Shown here: positions 40,360-53,583 of the stretch, one piece after another
How the letters are laid out: each line of letters begins with the position of its first letter
Position numbering within the stretch: position 1 is the stretch's first letter
Assembly (NCBI GenBank): GCA_951406725.2
Contig: OX597831.1
Coordinates: 63,488,001 to 63,552,000, forward strand
Reading direction: 5' to 3'
Length of the DNA: 64,000 bases
Origin: Octopus vulgaris
Lineage: Eukaryota
Notes under the pieces: generated by a model
The model's database searches: none
What the model was told of the DNA's origin: nothing
Seen by the model: the letters and a program-made list of their open reading frames with translations, nothing else
Made by a program: the position numbers and the translations under genes

Positions 40360-42885
40360 CAGTGGGTAACACAAGTTTTGCTTCTCTAAGGGTTTTTAGT
40401 GCTTCTAACGTAATTTATTCTCCTGATTTCAAAACTAATCTTGAAAATTACATAGCATCGATACTTTAGGAGATAATTGAGGTTTTGTAGGAAATGGAAG
40501 CAAAATTAAGCTGCGATAGAACTTTATTCGACTTATTCCCATTGTACATTAATAGGAACTAAAAATAATTTGTTCTAATATTTATTTTTAAACTAATGAG
40601 AAATGTAAGCAAAACTATGATGAGATTATAATAAGATTTTACTAGAAATGCACCGAAGATCGTGCTCTCCTACTGTGAGCTCCTATATCTTTACGCACCA
40701 ATGACCATATATAGTACTTCATCTTTGCAGTGTCCCGTCTTCCTTGGTATCTTTTCTCCATTGTAGCAATATCCTGATGGAATATCTCACCATATTCCTC
40801 ACTCACTGGACCTAAATTTTCACGAAAAAAGTCTAAATGAGAATGCAAAAAGTTTACCTTTAATGACATTCTACATCCCAAATTCTTATAATTCTCAATA
40901 AGTTTTGCTACGAGCTGCTTGTGGTTTGAGTCTTTATTATTATCAAGGAACCCATTGTCAATATCTCGAAATGCACACCATGCCTCTCTTTCTAGATCGC
41001 TCATCACATTTTCAAGTTTTACTGACCTCAGCATTTTCTTTACTTGTGGTTCAGTAAATATGCCGCCCTTAACTTTTACCTCAGAAAGATTTGGAAAGAG
41101 TAGACGAATCTCTTGAAATGTTTTTCCGCCACGATCAAAAGCCTTTACAAACGGTTTGACTAAACTCAGCTTTATTTGAAGTGGAGGTAACAACACTTTT
41201 GCAGGCTCTACAAGAGGTTATCTTCTGGCTAGAGGTCATCCCGTGGGGCCACTTAGCCTTCTGGTAATGTTCATGATCAGCCCAACAGTTTCACAGGCAA
41301 AAAAAAAACATGAATACTTTGTGTACCCACCCTGTAGTCTAAGAAGGCAAGCATTTTAAAGTCACCACAAAAATCCCATTTAAACTTACCATAGTTTACT
41401 TTCTCAAGAAGATTTTTTACATTATCATATTCTTTCATCTGTACCGAATATACAAAAGGTATGGTGGATGCTGGTTTCCATTGTGTAATAAAGCGGCTTT
41501 GTGGCTTTATTAGCTTTCACTCTTCAGGGTTGTGATCGATTCCAATATCTGTAAACAAGCCATTTATATCTTTACAGCAGCAGAGTTCCTCACTTATGAC
41601 AAAGTATACTTCGAATTCTTCATGGCGCCTACTGTATACTGTTAATCTGCAGTCCTTCCCCAAGAGATTCCATTCATTCAGCCTGGATGCTAAAAGATCA
41701 GTTCCTGACTTAGTGAAACCTAAGATTCTAATGAGATCGTCCAGTTTACGTTGATTTGGAAAGTGTGGGCAGGTACTTGTTCCTGGCTCAAATGCTACAT
41801 CCATTTCTTCGTTGTCATCACCTTCAGACTCTCCTATTGAGATCTCCATCATACCCTCTACCTGAAAAATTTAAAAGTTGCATTTATTTGATATACCAAC
41901 CAAACAAAAATAGCAATCATCATGGTGATTTTTTTGGCTCTCGCCAAACTCGCAGAGCAGCAAAGGGCATTGCTTTTCTTACACCTCTAAGCCATCCATC
42001 TAAATTTGATCAACAAGTTCCACATATAACATGAGGGGCTCATGGTTTTCTTAGGTCACTCATGCTCGTTCCAAAATACAGTCTGTAATCAATCCAGTAC
42101 TAAGCTCCTTTCACAATTTTATATGCTACATGCTTTCTTCCAAAATGGTATCCACACATATAACAGAATTTCTGCATTCTCTTGTAGCCGTGGCCAGGAA
42201 AATTCAATGTTTATGATAAAAACCTAAAAAAGAAAGAAATGTAAATTACAAATGTACACTGCTCGTGATCAAACAGTGATCAAACAGGTATAGCCCCAAA
42301 AGCAAATGGACGCCGGACAAAAGATGACAGGATGGGAGACAAAAGCGCAACACTTCCTTTCACTAGCTATGGTGGCACCGAGAGCACTGAGGCGTCTCTG
42401 ATGAGTGTGTTGTGTGTAGCAGAAGGCGGTGACGACACTGCCTTTTCACTTAAACTTTACAATACTTTTATATTGATAATGGAGGTAAAATATAAACTTT
42501 AGGAATGAATGATTTGTTTGTAGAGTAGAAAAATATGATTCGCATCAAGAGTTACATCATGCAGCAGCAGTGATCAAGTGTTGTTAGAGCTTTTGTTTTC
42601 ACAGGCAGTTGCCAGATGTATGATATGTGTATATGATGATATGTGATGTATGAGGATATGTATGATGTATGATGTATGTATGATGTATAGCGTATAACGT
42701 TATGTATGCTGTATGATGATATGTGATGTATGATGTGTGTATATTAGCATATTTCAATATAGCTCGCAAACGGTCGATGGTAGAGAAAAAATAAACACAT
42801 TTTTGGAATCAGCACAAACTTCTGCATTAAAATCACTCAAAACAGTTAAGACAACCGAAATATTTTGAAAAATTGTAACCCAGTG
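40360..42885 (-). mobile_element. Chapaev3-type (CMC superfamily) DNA transposon, full length, decayed
   Basis: Ends CAGTGGGTAACA / TGTAACCCAGTG, TTA TSD on both sides (40357-40359 and 42886-42888) and an internal transposase. Confidence 0.8.
40642..42200 (-). pseudogene. Chapaev3-like transposase, frameshifted
   Basis: Motifs NHHDDCYFCL, PHFPNQ.KLDDLIR.LG.TKS...LASRLNEWNLL, LLPPLQIKL, GIFTEPQ and MSLKVNFLHSHLDFF.ENLG.VSEEYGEIFHQDI..ME.RYQG, in several frames. Confidence 0.85.
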
Positions 42886-43349
42886 TTATTGAACGATAGG
42901 AGTGGGTTTTTTTTATGCATGCATTATAGGGCTATTATCTATTGAATTTTCGTTTTTACCAAAATCTCTGACGCTGCAGAGTAAAGTTTTTTTGTATAGA
43001 AGAGTAAATTTAACAGCGTCAAATCGAACAATTGTACAAGCGTTCTTATCGATGTTATTCTCTTAGTATCGATAAGTACAGCAACAGATTTATTCAGGAC
43101 ACTCTTAAAACGCCACATTTATCCGCAACAGGGCAGTTCTAAGCAATATGAAAAGCCACCATAGAGATATCTTTAGGAAGAAAATAAGATCTGTGTAAAA
43201 CAGTTTGGTATTCTCTGCAAATGTACAAAAAGCGTTTTAAGGGCTATATACTTTGTATTGTTGTTATTGGATTAGCGAAACAGTTATGAGAATGGAACCA
43301 AAAGATAAGTCCCGCTTTCCCAGGAATTACCATGGAAGATCAGCTAGCA

Positions 43350-43426
<77 letters not shown>

Positions 43427-43783
43427 CGTATACAAAAAATTATTTATAAAACATATTTCTTTGAGCTGAATAATAACGCTGTTTTCAAAGTAGATTTTGT
43501 AAATTTGAGCAGTCTCCTAATATTTTTGTTTGAAAGAAGGACGACAGGGCAGGTAAATTCTCCCTATTCTATTTGGTTACTTCATTTGCGTTTCGTGCAC
43601 TCACAGGTTTCCGTACTGTACAGTATATAATTAGAACGATACGTGGTTCAATTTGTAGTGCCATTGAGCAAGGTATCATGTGATCATTGTTTTCTGCAAC
43701 CATCTGACTTCCAGAAACACATTGGTCATGAAACTGAACACTTACATACGTAATACATTTGAACAAATGTGTGTATGTACACA

Positions 43784-43853
<70 letters not shown>

Positions 43854-43947
43854 AAACATGAAAACACAAAGAGAAAACACAACAACGCGAGGACGTGGAA
43901 CAAGTATAGTATTATTGGACGCTCAGGAAGGAAGGGGAGAAGGAGAG

Positions 43948-43980
43948 TTTAACGTTTCGAGCGGAGATCTTCGTCGGAAA
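43948..43980 (-). ncRNA. Minimal hammerhead motif (CCGACGA core) in a relative of family E
   Basis: Minus strand: ttt-CCGACGA-a-gatc(tcc)gctc-GAAA-cg-TT-aaa. Confidence 0.5.
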
Positions 43981-44063
43981 CATAGGAAAAGGAAAGATCC
44001 AGAGAAGGGAAGACGGAGGAAAAAAATCGCCAACGGTTCACACGCGGTCACATACACACCCAC

Positions 44064-44121
44064 ACCCACACCCATATATATTGTTGTATTTAGGAATGGT
44101 CATGTTGCCAGTTTAGCTAAT

Positions 44122-44178
<57 letters not shown>

Positions 44179-44192
44179 CATACATACATACA

Positions 44193-44266
<74 letters not shown>

Positions 44267-44331
44267 TATTTGTATTAGCTAAACTGGCAACATGACCATT
44301 CCTAAATACAACAATATATATGGGTGTGGGT
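44064..44331. repeat. Perfect about 67-bp inverted repeat enclosing (TA)n(TACA)n(TA)n
   Basis: 'acccacacccatatatattgttgtatttaggaatggtcatgttgccagtttagctaatacaaata' and its exact reverse complement. Confidence 0.9.
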
Positions 44332-44828
44332 CTGTGGGTGTGTGTATGCAAGTACAACATTCTGTAATTGTTTGAACATTCGACCATGCATTTACAATCA
44401 GGAATTATTGTAGTCAGCAAAAAATATAAATATATTCAAAAAGATCTTGCGAAAAAGAATACTTCATAACTCAACTTTTCTATTAAAAGTTTCACAAGAG
44501 AATCTGTGGAGGGCTTTGCTAATAGATAAACACTTACAAATCGATTGACACAACACAAACGAAATTAAACTATGAAGGGTCTTGTTATTTACGCATATCG
44601 ATTATACTGGAAATTTCTACATCGATATTGTTGTACTTACTAATCAAAAATATTGCAGCTTTTAAAGACTTATAATTGTTTCATTTTTTAATTCTAACCA
44701 ATCAGTTTTGTTCATTCTCAGAATTATATCAAGCAGAGGATGTTATTTCTATTTGTATTCTTAAAAACCATTTTGGGATTAGAATTAGGATCTTTGGGTT
44801 AGGATTTTAAGGCCTGGGTTTAGAACCA

Positions 44829-45059
44829 GGATTGGATTTAGGAGTTGAGGTTGGGGTTTAGATTTAGGATTGGATTTAGGAGTTGAGGTTGGGGTTTAGA
44901 TTTAGGATTGGATTTAGGAGTTGAGGTTGGGGTTTAGATTTAGGATTGGATTTGGAGTTGAGGTTGGGGTTTAGATTTAGGATTGGATTTAGGAGTTGAG
45001 GTTGGAGTTTAGATTTGGGATTGGATTTAGAAGTTGAGGTTGGGGTTTAGATTTAGGAT
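44829..45059. repeat. 38-bp G-rich minisatellite, about 6 copies
   Basis: Unit ggattggatttaggagttgaggttggggtttagattta. Confidence 0.9.
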
Positions 45060-45975
45060 CTGTATTAGCAAATTTTCATTACGAACATTAAATATGTTGT
45101 TTTGTTTCGTTTTCTTACCTTATTTTCATATTTAACGGTTTTGTAACGTCTTTATTTATCATTTCTAAATAGAAAATAATGTTTTCATCAGTTAAAACCC
45201 TTAAAAATGGCATTTTTATTATAAATTTCTCAAAAAATAACATTGCATTTTGCAAACCAAGAAGTTAATGCGTTTCTTAACATGGCGGTGGCATATGGAG
45301 GATGGATGAATCTGATTGGCTAAATCACAATAAACTTCAACATTAACAATTCACTTTTAATGTTAATGTCTCTAAAAATAAAAATAAAAAATTGCTGTAT
45401 ATCATAAAACAGTTACATTTGTATAGAAATTTTCAATAGAATCTTAACTGGCATATCATAACGAATATATCCGCTCTACAAATTGGCAAAATTAACCGTT
45501 AAATAATTCTTAAATCCGAAGTTGAGAAACAAGATAATTCACCAGTAATGCCTTAATTCATTTAAGAAAAAAAGTATAATACTGAAAAACATGCCATTCT
45601 CATAATCTCGTTCTGAGAATGACGCTGAGACAATTTCAAATTTAATGTTTCAAAGTGAACATTAGGAGCGAAGGAAATATGAAACATTCCTTAAAAAAGA
45701 TGAACAGTTTTAAATAGCTCTGTCTTTAATGCGCGCGCACACACTTATATATATATATATGTATATATATATACCTTTTAACTTTTACTAGTTTAAGTCA
45801 TTGTGCGGCAGCTATGCTGTAATTCTGTCTTAAAGAATTTTAGTCAAACAAATCAACCCTTGTATATACATTTTGCAAGCCTGGTACTTATTCTGTCTGT
45901 CTATCACAGCAAACTTCTCAGATACATTTGCAGAATGCATGATACAATATGTATATATATATATATATATATAAA

Positions 45976-46431
45976 ACACTATATTCCTGAGAGCTAGGCG
46001 AGAAACATATGCTATTATATACATCTGGAAGATCCCGGAAGGACTTGTCCCAGAAATTTGGCATCGAAAGTTACACAAATACTAGAACTGGGTGCCACTG
46101 CATAGTGCCAAGGACTCCAAATTTGCCATCATGTTATAGGACAAGATACTGCAATAGCCTGGGTTTCAGAGGTCCACAGATCTTCAATATCCTCCCGAAG
46201 GACCTGAGTGCATGGGGTGAATGTAGGTGTCTTCAAAATAAAGCTGGACCTCTTCCTGTCAGGTGTCCGAGATGAACCAACTTCGCAGCAGGAGGTGCAG
46301 ATGAGGGCAGCTGCATCAAACTCTCGCATGCACCAAATGTCAACTGCTAAAAAACATTTGTGAAGTAAAATTATGTAGCAACACCAAATGACGGTGCCGC
46401 AGCATGGCCACAGCTCGTGAGCTGGAACTAG
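45976..46431 (+). mobile_element. CR1-group LINE 3' fragment
   Basis: YIWKIPEGLV..FGIESYTNTRTG.HCIVP...YCNSLGFRGPQIFNILP...FKIKLDLFLSGVRDEPT...RAAASNS, then the tail 'cggtgccgcagcatggccacagctcgtgagctg'. Confidence 0.8.
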
Positions 46432-46806
46432 GTAGAAGTGGCATTGTGGTAAGTAGCTTGCTTACCAGCCACATGGTTCTGGGTTCAATCCCACTGCGTG
46501 GCACCTTGGGCAAGTGTCTTCTACTATAGCCTCGGGCCAACCAAAGCCTTGTGAGTGGATTTGGTAGACGGAAACTGAAAGAAGCCCGTCGTATATATGT
46601 ATATGTATATATGTATGTGTTTTTCCCCCCAACATCGCTTGACAACCGATGCTGGTGTGTTTACGTCCCCGTCACTTAGCGGTTCGGCAAAAGAGACCGA
46701 TAGAATAAGTACTAGGCTTACAAAGAATAAGTCCTGGGGTCGATCTGCTCGACTATAGGCGATGCTCCAGCATGGACACAGTCCATGACTGAAACAATTA
46801 AAAGAG
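46432..46806 (+). mobile_element. SINE family A (full length)
   Basis: Matches 1111-1520. Confidence 0.9.
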
Positions 46807-47592
46807 TATATAAATATAAATATACATACCTATACATATATATAAACAAGTGGCTGTCGGGCTCGCTTTCATTCGATTTCATTCTAAACTCTTTTGCAGC
46901 ATGCCTGTGAGCTAAATACTTTTAGGATGTCTTCTTACACAATGCCAACCGCCGTATATGTTACATATTTAACTGCAGACAAAACGTTAGCGTGCTTAAA
47001 TAAGTCTCGGCTTCATGTACAGCGAGTAATACACTTTGTGTGTGAGTGTGTGTGTGCGTGTGTGTGTGTGTGTGTATGTGTGTGTGTGTGCGTGAGTGCA
47101 TATGTGCATGTCTGTATGTGTGTGTATGCATATACATATACGCATTGACCAGTATGTAAACGCGTGTTTCCATATATACACAGGGTCACACAACTGTGTG
47201 TGTGTACGTGTGTATGTGTATGCGCGTGTGTCTCTGAGGTGGTGTAAATATGTGTGTGTATGTATACATGCATACATGCATTGATTTCTTTGCGTGTTTG
47301 TGAGACAGTTTTACATAAACGCACGCCAATACTATGCACGTTTCGAGAGTTCTTACATGCTAAAATAAATTGATATAAATATAAATCTTACTGTTTAAAA
47401 TAGACACAAGACGTAAAATTTTTGCAAAGATTATATTTTGATTAAATCAGTGCCAGTAACTGACTGGCCCTCATTCTGCTTATTTAATATAATCTTGAAC
47501 TCAGAACGCAACAGCATAGAGGTTAAATAATGCAATGCATTTTGTCTGATTTCTGTCCCTGTACCAGTTTTATTTTTATATCTTAGCAGATC

Positions 47593-47813
47593 AAAGGCGG
47601 CGAGCTGGCAGAATCGTTAGCATGCCGGGCGAAATGCGTAGCCCTATTTTGTCTGTCGTTACGTTCCCAGTTCAAATTCCGCCGAGGTCGACTTTCGGGG
47701 TCGATAAATTAAAATACCAGTTACGCACTGGGGTCGATGTAATCGACTTAATCCGTTTGTCTGTCCTTGTTTGTCCCCTCTGTGTTTAGCCCCTTGTGGG
47801 TAGTAAAGAAATA
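47593..47813 (+). mobile_element. SINE family B with 16-bp TSD
   Basis: TSD 'tatatcttagcagatc' at 47577-47592 and 47814-47829. Confidence 0.9.
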
Positions 47814-50553
47814 TATATCTTAGCAGATCCTCAACTCTTTATCCACTGGGAGAGTTGGTCTCTTATATAGAAAATTTATAAACTAGTACGACACTTTCAA
47901 AGACTCCGATAGTTGTTAATATGCTACATTTTTTCCATTTGTGTTTTGAATGCCACCTTTTATATATCACTCAGTTATGTGTGATATTCGTCGTTTATTA
48001 TTATTATTATTGACTTCTTACTTAAGAATAAGTCACTTAATACTCAAGACAATGATACTGCATGACGTTTGTGCGTTTCTCAATGCCATTAGCAATGTAA
48101 TTGAACTGGATTGTCTTCAGCAGTTAATCCAATTTACTTGATACATTTCGAAGAATATCAGTATCATAAATTGGCAGATGTTGGTGAATGCTTTACAATG
48201 TTTAGTAGTCGAGTTGATATCTATCTCATCAGTGAGATTTTAATTTTCAGATGAAGCCATTTCGCACTACTTCTCGCATCTAATGTCCTTCAAAATAGAA
48301 TTAACGTCGCGTAATTTCATTCTTTGCTCTATATACTTTTAATTACTAAATATATTTTTTCACCTCCGATAAGTTGCTGACCCTCTACAAAGCTCAAGAG
48401 ATACCAATTATGAAGTATTATTCACGCATCTGGCATGGTGGTTTTACTACACACATACAAAAATCTTAGACTGCATCCAAAAGTAGTTTATAATTGATTT
48501 ACAAAGACTAAGCCAGCAACACTCCACAACTTCTGGCACACAGACGCATTGTCTTTTTACAATACCTAATTCCATCGGCGGCTGTTTTTCTGCACAAGTT
48601 CAGACTATATCTCCTCCACCCAGTTCCACTTTGTACGTACGCTACTCACCTTTCTGCCGATTCTACTGTATTTTCTCATCAATCATTGCACTAATACATT
48701 CTTACAATTTTTCTTCTCCTCAGCACATCACCTCCAACGCAAAATATTATTTTGCATGTATAATATTCTTGATTGACTATAAACGCTGTAACCATACAAG
48801 TTTCCAATACAGTTAACATTCTGTAGCAAATGACAAATATAAGATACTATTTCACAAATGTAATATAAGTCATCTTCGGAGTATAAACTGCAGCTTTCTG
48901 GGGAATAATTTTACTAAATACTTAATATAGCCAACAAGGAAGCTTCTAGATGTGGCTCAGCCATATCTCTTATAAATAGCAGTCAAATCACGATCTATAG
49001 TCTTCAGAGAGTCAAAACATATTGGACAATATATTCCTAAACACACAAAAAAAGATTCGATATAGTCATGTCTGAAAACCCGTTTGATCATTGATCAGCT
49101 CAATCAAGTTGACCTGGGGTTAAATATTATAACTTATATTTCACGACAGGGAAAAATACAAGATGCAAATTTACAGAACAAACGTTAGAAACATGAACTG
49201 TATTATTTTGCAAAGAAAAATCAGCGTGTAACCATAGAGATGATAAGTATGAGAGAGAAATGACATAACAGAAATAATAGGGTGACCAAGCAAACTACCA
49301 ACTTAATTACATTTTTTTAATGTTTAAATCCTTCCGGAGTCAACTTTACCTTTTGCTTCTTTGAGGTCAATAATATAATCACCAATGACCTTCGTCTATA
49401 AATTTGTGCATTGATCTAGTGAGAAAAATCGATATCTAATCCCCCAAAATCAATTAAACTATCAATACGCTGAAGAAATGTAAGGTATGAAATATTTCAT
49501 CTAGTTCCTGTCAGTTGATATTCATATTACAGGCAATCCTACGTAAGATGTGTAATATATGACAATGCAACGTTGGAATACAACACTGAATGAAAAAAAT
49601 ATGTTGGCTCTTAACACTATTTTCAACATCAGAAATAACCTCAGTTAGGATAAATGCGTTGATTGGGAAAATATTAAATGTCTGTTCCTCTTAATATCTT
49701 AATCTTTGTCCTAGCAAGTATGAAAGAGAATTTCAAATGTTTCTAACCCAGTGGAAATATATCTTTTGCTATTGCTTGCTGACAGTATAGTAAGTAGCTA
49801 AATATACGCCTTACCTTGGGCCTTCAAATCTGACAATAGCTTGTTTGAAAATCGGAAAGAAATATAGAGTGAGAGGGAGAGAGAATACTAAACCCTAGTA
49901 TAAAACTGGTGCTTTATCTTTCAATCTCGGAAGGATGAATGTCAAACTTGACCTTGGACGGATTTGAACTAAAAGCGTAAATAATTGGAATTATTACCGC
50001 AAAGCGTTCAGTTCGATGTTCTAAATAACAGCTCAGCCAATTGGCCGCCTCAGTTTAATATAGAAATATTCATTAAAATATCAAGTGACGCCGAAACATG
50101 AGATTAATTTAAAATTAATTGTAAATGGGTGCTGATCACATATTTAAATAAGAAATGTGAGTTTGATTATTTCTAATGTTTTCGACATTCAGAAACAACC
50201 ACAGTTTATTTTGAAACGGTGATTAGAGAACATGCTATGGATTAGCAAGTTAATAAATAGAATAGGGGTAATAAGCATATATGAATTTGGCAGAAATTTC
50301 CAAACTAGCGAACTCGAAGTGCTGCTGTTACCGAATCTTAAAATATGCCGATCAAAAAATATAGAACTGGTTAGAATACTTAAAGCAAAGTGAACTCCAC
50401 TAACAGCAAACTAGAAGCTGGAAGTGTTTTAAAACATGGTGATGTGTCTGATGAAAATGTTTCATTATTAGGAAACTTCGAGCAGTACTTAGGAGTAATT
50501 TAATGCTTAAACTCCCTAAAGGGTATAATTTTACTGGTGAAAACATAAGGATG

Positions 50554-50981
50554 GGATCTTTTCGGTTTGAACGGCAGTTTTTTAAAATAATTTCTACGTA
50601 ACTAAACACTTTTAAACTTCGTATACTGGTAGAATGTGTTTATAAAACATCTTATTCTCTTGGCTTTATTGAGAAAATTCTATGGTTTGTAAGATATTTG
50701 TTGTTTTTTTTTCTTCAATTTCTGCAAATTCAACCAATCAATGAGGTTTATTGAGGTGAAAACATCCTGTACCATATAAATATGTCCCTCGTTTAAGAAA
50801 CAGATTGGGTTTATTTACATTTTTGAAGAAAAAAAGATACCCTTCCCTCCACCCCTAACCCTAACTAACCCTAACCCTAAAACAGATTGAAATGCAATAG
50901 ATCGATAGTAGGGTCATGATTATGGGTGACAATTTCATATGACACCGCTAGAAAAAACTGCCGTTCAAACCGAAAAGATCC
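50554..50981. mobile_element. 428-bp MITE, about 30-bp TIRs, 8-bp TSD (Merlin-like GG termini)
   Basis: TIR GGATCTTTTCGGTTTGAACGGCAGTTTTTT at both ends; TSD taaggatg at 50546-50553 and 50982-50989. Confidence 0.9.
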
Positions 50982-51497
50982 TAAGGATGAACTCTAGAAC
51001 TCTTAAGGCTAGTAACAGTCTGCAGCTGCCAGTAGCTGGCTGGATGTGTATTGTACTGGGGTGCATATAATGGTGGTATTTTGTCGTACAGTCTCTGCAG
51101 CCATCGATCGACTACACTAACTCCATTGTTTCTCTTCTCGTGTTATCATTGTTCTTTTTTTTTTTTACCAGGATCGTTTGTAGGCCGTCTCACCTAATAA
51201 CGACCTTTGCAAGTAATATTAGATGTTGTAGTATGGCGACTGGTGAGGTTTAGCGGTCTAATGTCAGCTATGGCTATAGGTTCTTATGTTATTTGGTTGT
51301 AATTTTCACTCGTTGCCGTCACGTGCTATTTGCTTCGGTTTCTCATATTTTGGTGTCTACATACCGGATGCAACGCGTTATGGATATTATGAAAGTTAAC
51401 CATAGCTTAGTCTTCCCTGATTTATCAGCTTGCAACCTTTAAATAGTTTCATGTATCATTGCAGTGTGAATGTCGTAGGTAAAGTTTTACCTCACGT

Positions 51498-51672
<175 letters not shown>

Positions 51673-52103
51673 TTAGGAACTGCGGCAATGCCACATATTT
51701 TCCATAACGTCAGGAACCCACCCGTGTCAGGTTCCTTACCCACCATAATATCGCATGAGGCTAGAGTAGTCGTGGGCAGCACTATTCGTGGTGACGTAAG
51801 TCTCTCTCATCGACCAGACCACCGATGACAAGAGCCCAAATTTCCCCTAAAACTTTGGCCAAAATATCGATCTTTACGTTTAGTTATGGGCCAAAATGAT
51901 CTATGTGGTTCCCCCTTATTTGGGACCTTTTTCAGCAGCGCCGCTACCCCTCAATTCACAACAATGTGATTACCCTGGTTCTACTGCCAGTTGCGATAGA
52001 CATCTGCCAAGTTGTTGCCGAACAAGTCTGGTATATATGCATTAAATGAGAGAATAAAGTGAGCGAGGGATACGAAAAAGATCGAATGCATGTGGCAGAA
52101 AGC

Positions 52104-52137
<34 letters not shown>

Positions 52138-52531
52138 GAGAGAAATTTAACGACAAAAACAGGCAGTGAGTGGGAGGAAAAGTGGGGTTAAGTGAGGAGG
52201 AGTATGAGAAGGGAATATAAATCTTTATAGAGAATTGATGGAACAGAAACTGAGAAAAGAAAAAAAATGTAAAGGTAATATAGTGTAGTCCTTGAGAGTT
52301 GAGTGAAAGAAATACACATAGATGTGAGTGTCTGTGAGTGTTGTAAAGTTGAAGAGAAAAGGAAAGGGGAGGAAACAAATTAATAGGATGAGAAGGAAAG
52401 ACGGAAAAAGAGAGATTTAAAGAAATATACGATGGTCGTGGTAAGAGGAGAGAATTAGAGAAAATAAGGAAGAAAGAGAAATATAAAAGACACTCAGAGG
52501 CAGAGAGATTAAAAGTAAGGCCTTCACAGAT

Positions 52532-52572
<41 letters not shown>

Positions 52573-52776
52573 TGTGTGTAGATGAGAAGCAGAGAGGAGA
52601 AATGAAAGAGAGATAGCAATTAAGACTAAAAAATATATATATATATATACATGAAAAGAAATATGTGTAAATGGAGACAGAAATAAAAATAACACAAAAG
52701 GAAAAACGAAGAAGGAAACAAAACAAAACTAAATGATACGTGAGAGAAAGAATGTAAAAAGAGGAGTGTGTGTGTA

Positions 52777-52854
<78 letters not shown>

Positions 52855-53348
52855 CGTGTGTGTGAAAGAGAAAGAGAATGTGAGTGCATGCGCTTGTAAA
52901 TGTAAAAAAAAGAGGCAAATTGTTTAAGTAGATAATAGCGTTGTAGTAAAGCTGAAGTTTGTCGTTATTGTATGACGCCCAGGGTAATTACTAGCACAAA
53001 GTGATAATTATGATGGAGACTTGTGCAACTATTGCGACACTAAAATCTAATAAGTCAGTCACCATCGTTATTAACGGTCAGTGGCTATAATCATTGTTGC
53101 ACGGTTGCAGGAATGGTCGGCTGCACAATTAATTGTACAGTCGTAGGACAGTACGGTTGTGTGCTTGCACAGTTACAATTTACTTTTAGTCAACTGTACT
53201 GCCGTGTACTTGTAAAGGTGTATAACTGGTTAACTGTACGGTTATATAATTGTACGTTTGTACAGTTGATCAAATAGTAAGGCTGGTGGTCAGGTCAACT
53301 GTACTAAAACCGTACAGTTAACAGCTGGTTGACTGTACGGTTTTATAT

Positions 53349-53583
53349 ATATTTCTTTACTACCCACAAGGGGCTAAACGTAGAGGGGACAAACAAGGAC
53401 AGACAAAGGGATTAAGTCGATTACATCGACCCCAGTGCGAAACTGGTACTTAATTTATAGACCCCGAAAGGATGAAAGGCAAAGTCGACCTCGGCAGAAT
53501 TTGAACTCAGAACGTAGCGACAGACGAAATACGGCTTCGCATTTCACCCGGCGTGCTAACGTTTCTGCCAGCTCGCCGCCTTT
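53349..53583 (-). mobile_element. SINE family B, full length
   Basis: Reverse complement of 23334-23562, flanked by ctgtac(g/t)gttttata direct repeats. Confidence 0.9.

Noticed and set aside
48500-48700. Possible old LINE fragment (minus-strand KWNWV)
   Set aside because: A single weak motif, not enough to call.
50444-50490. CTGATGA...GAAA-cttcgag motif
   Set aside because: No stem II closure, no UH cleavage site and no stem I partner.
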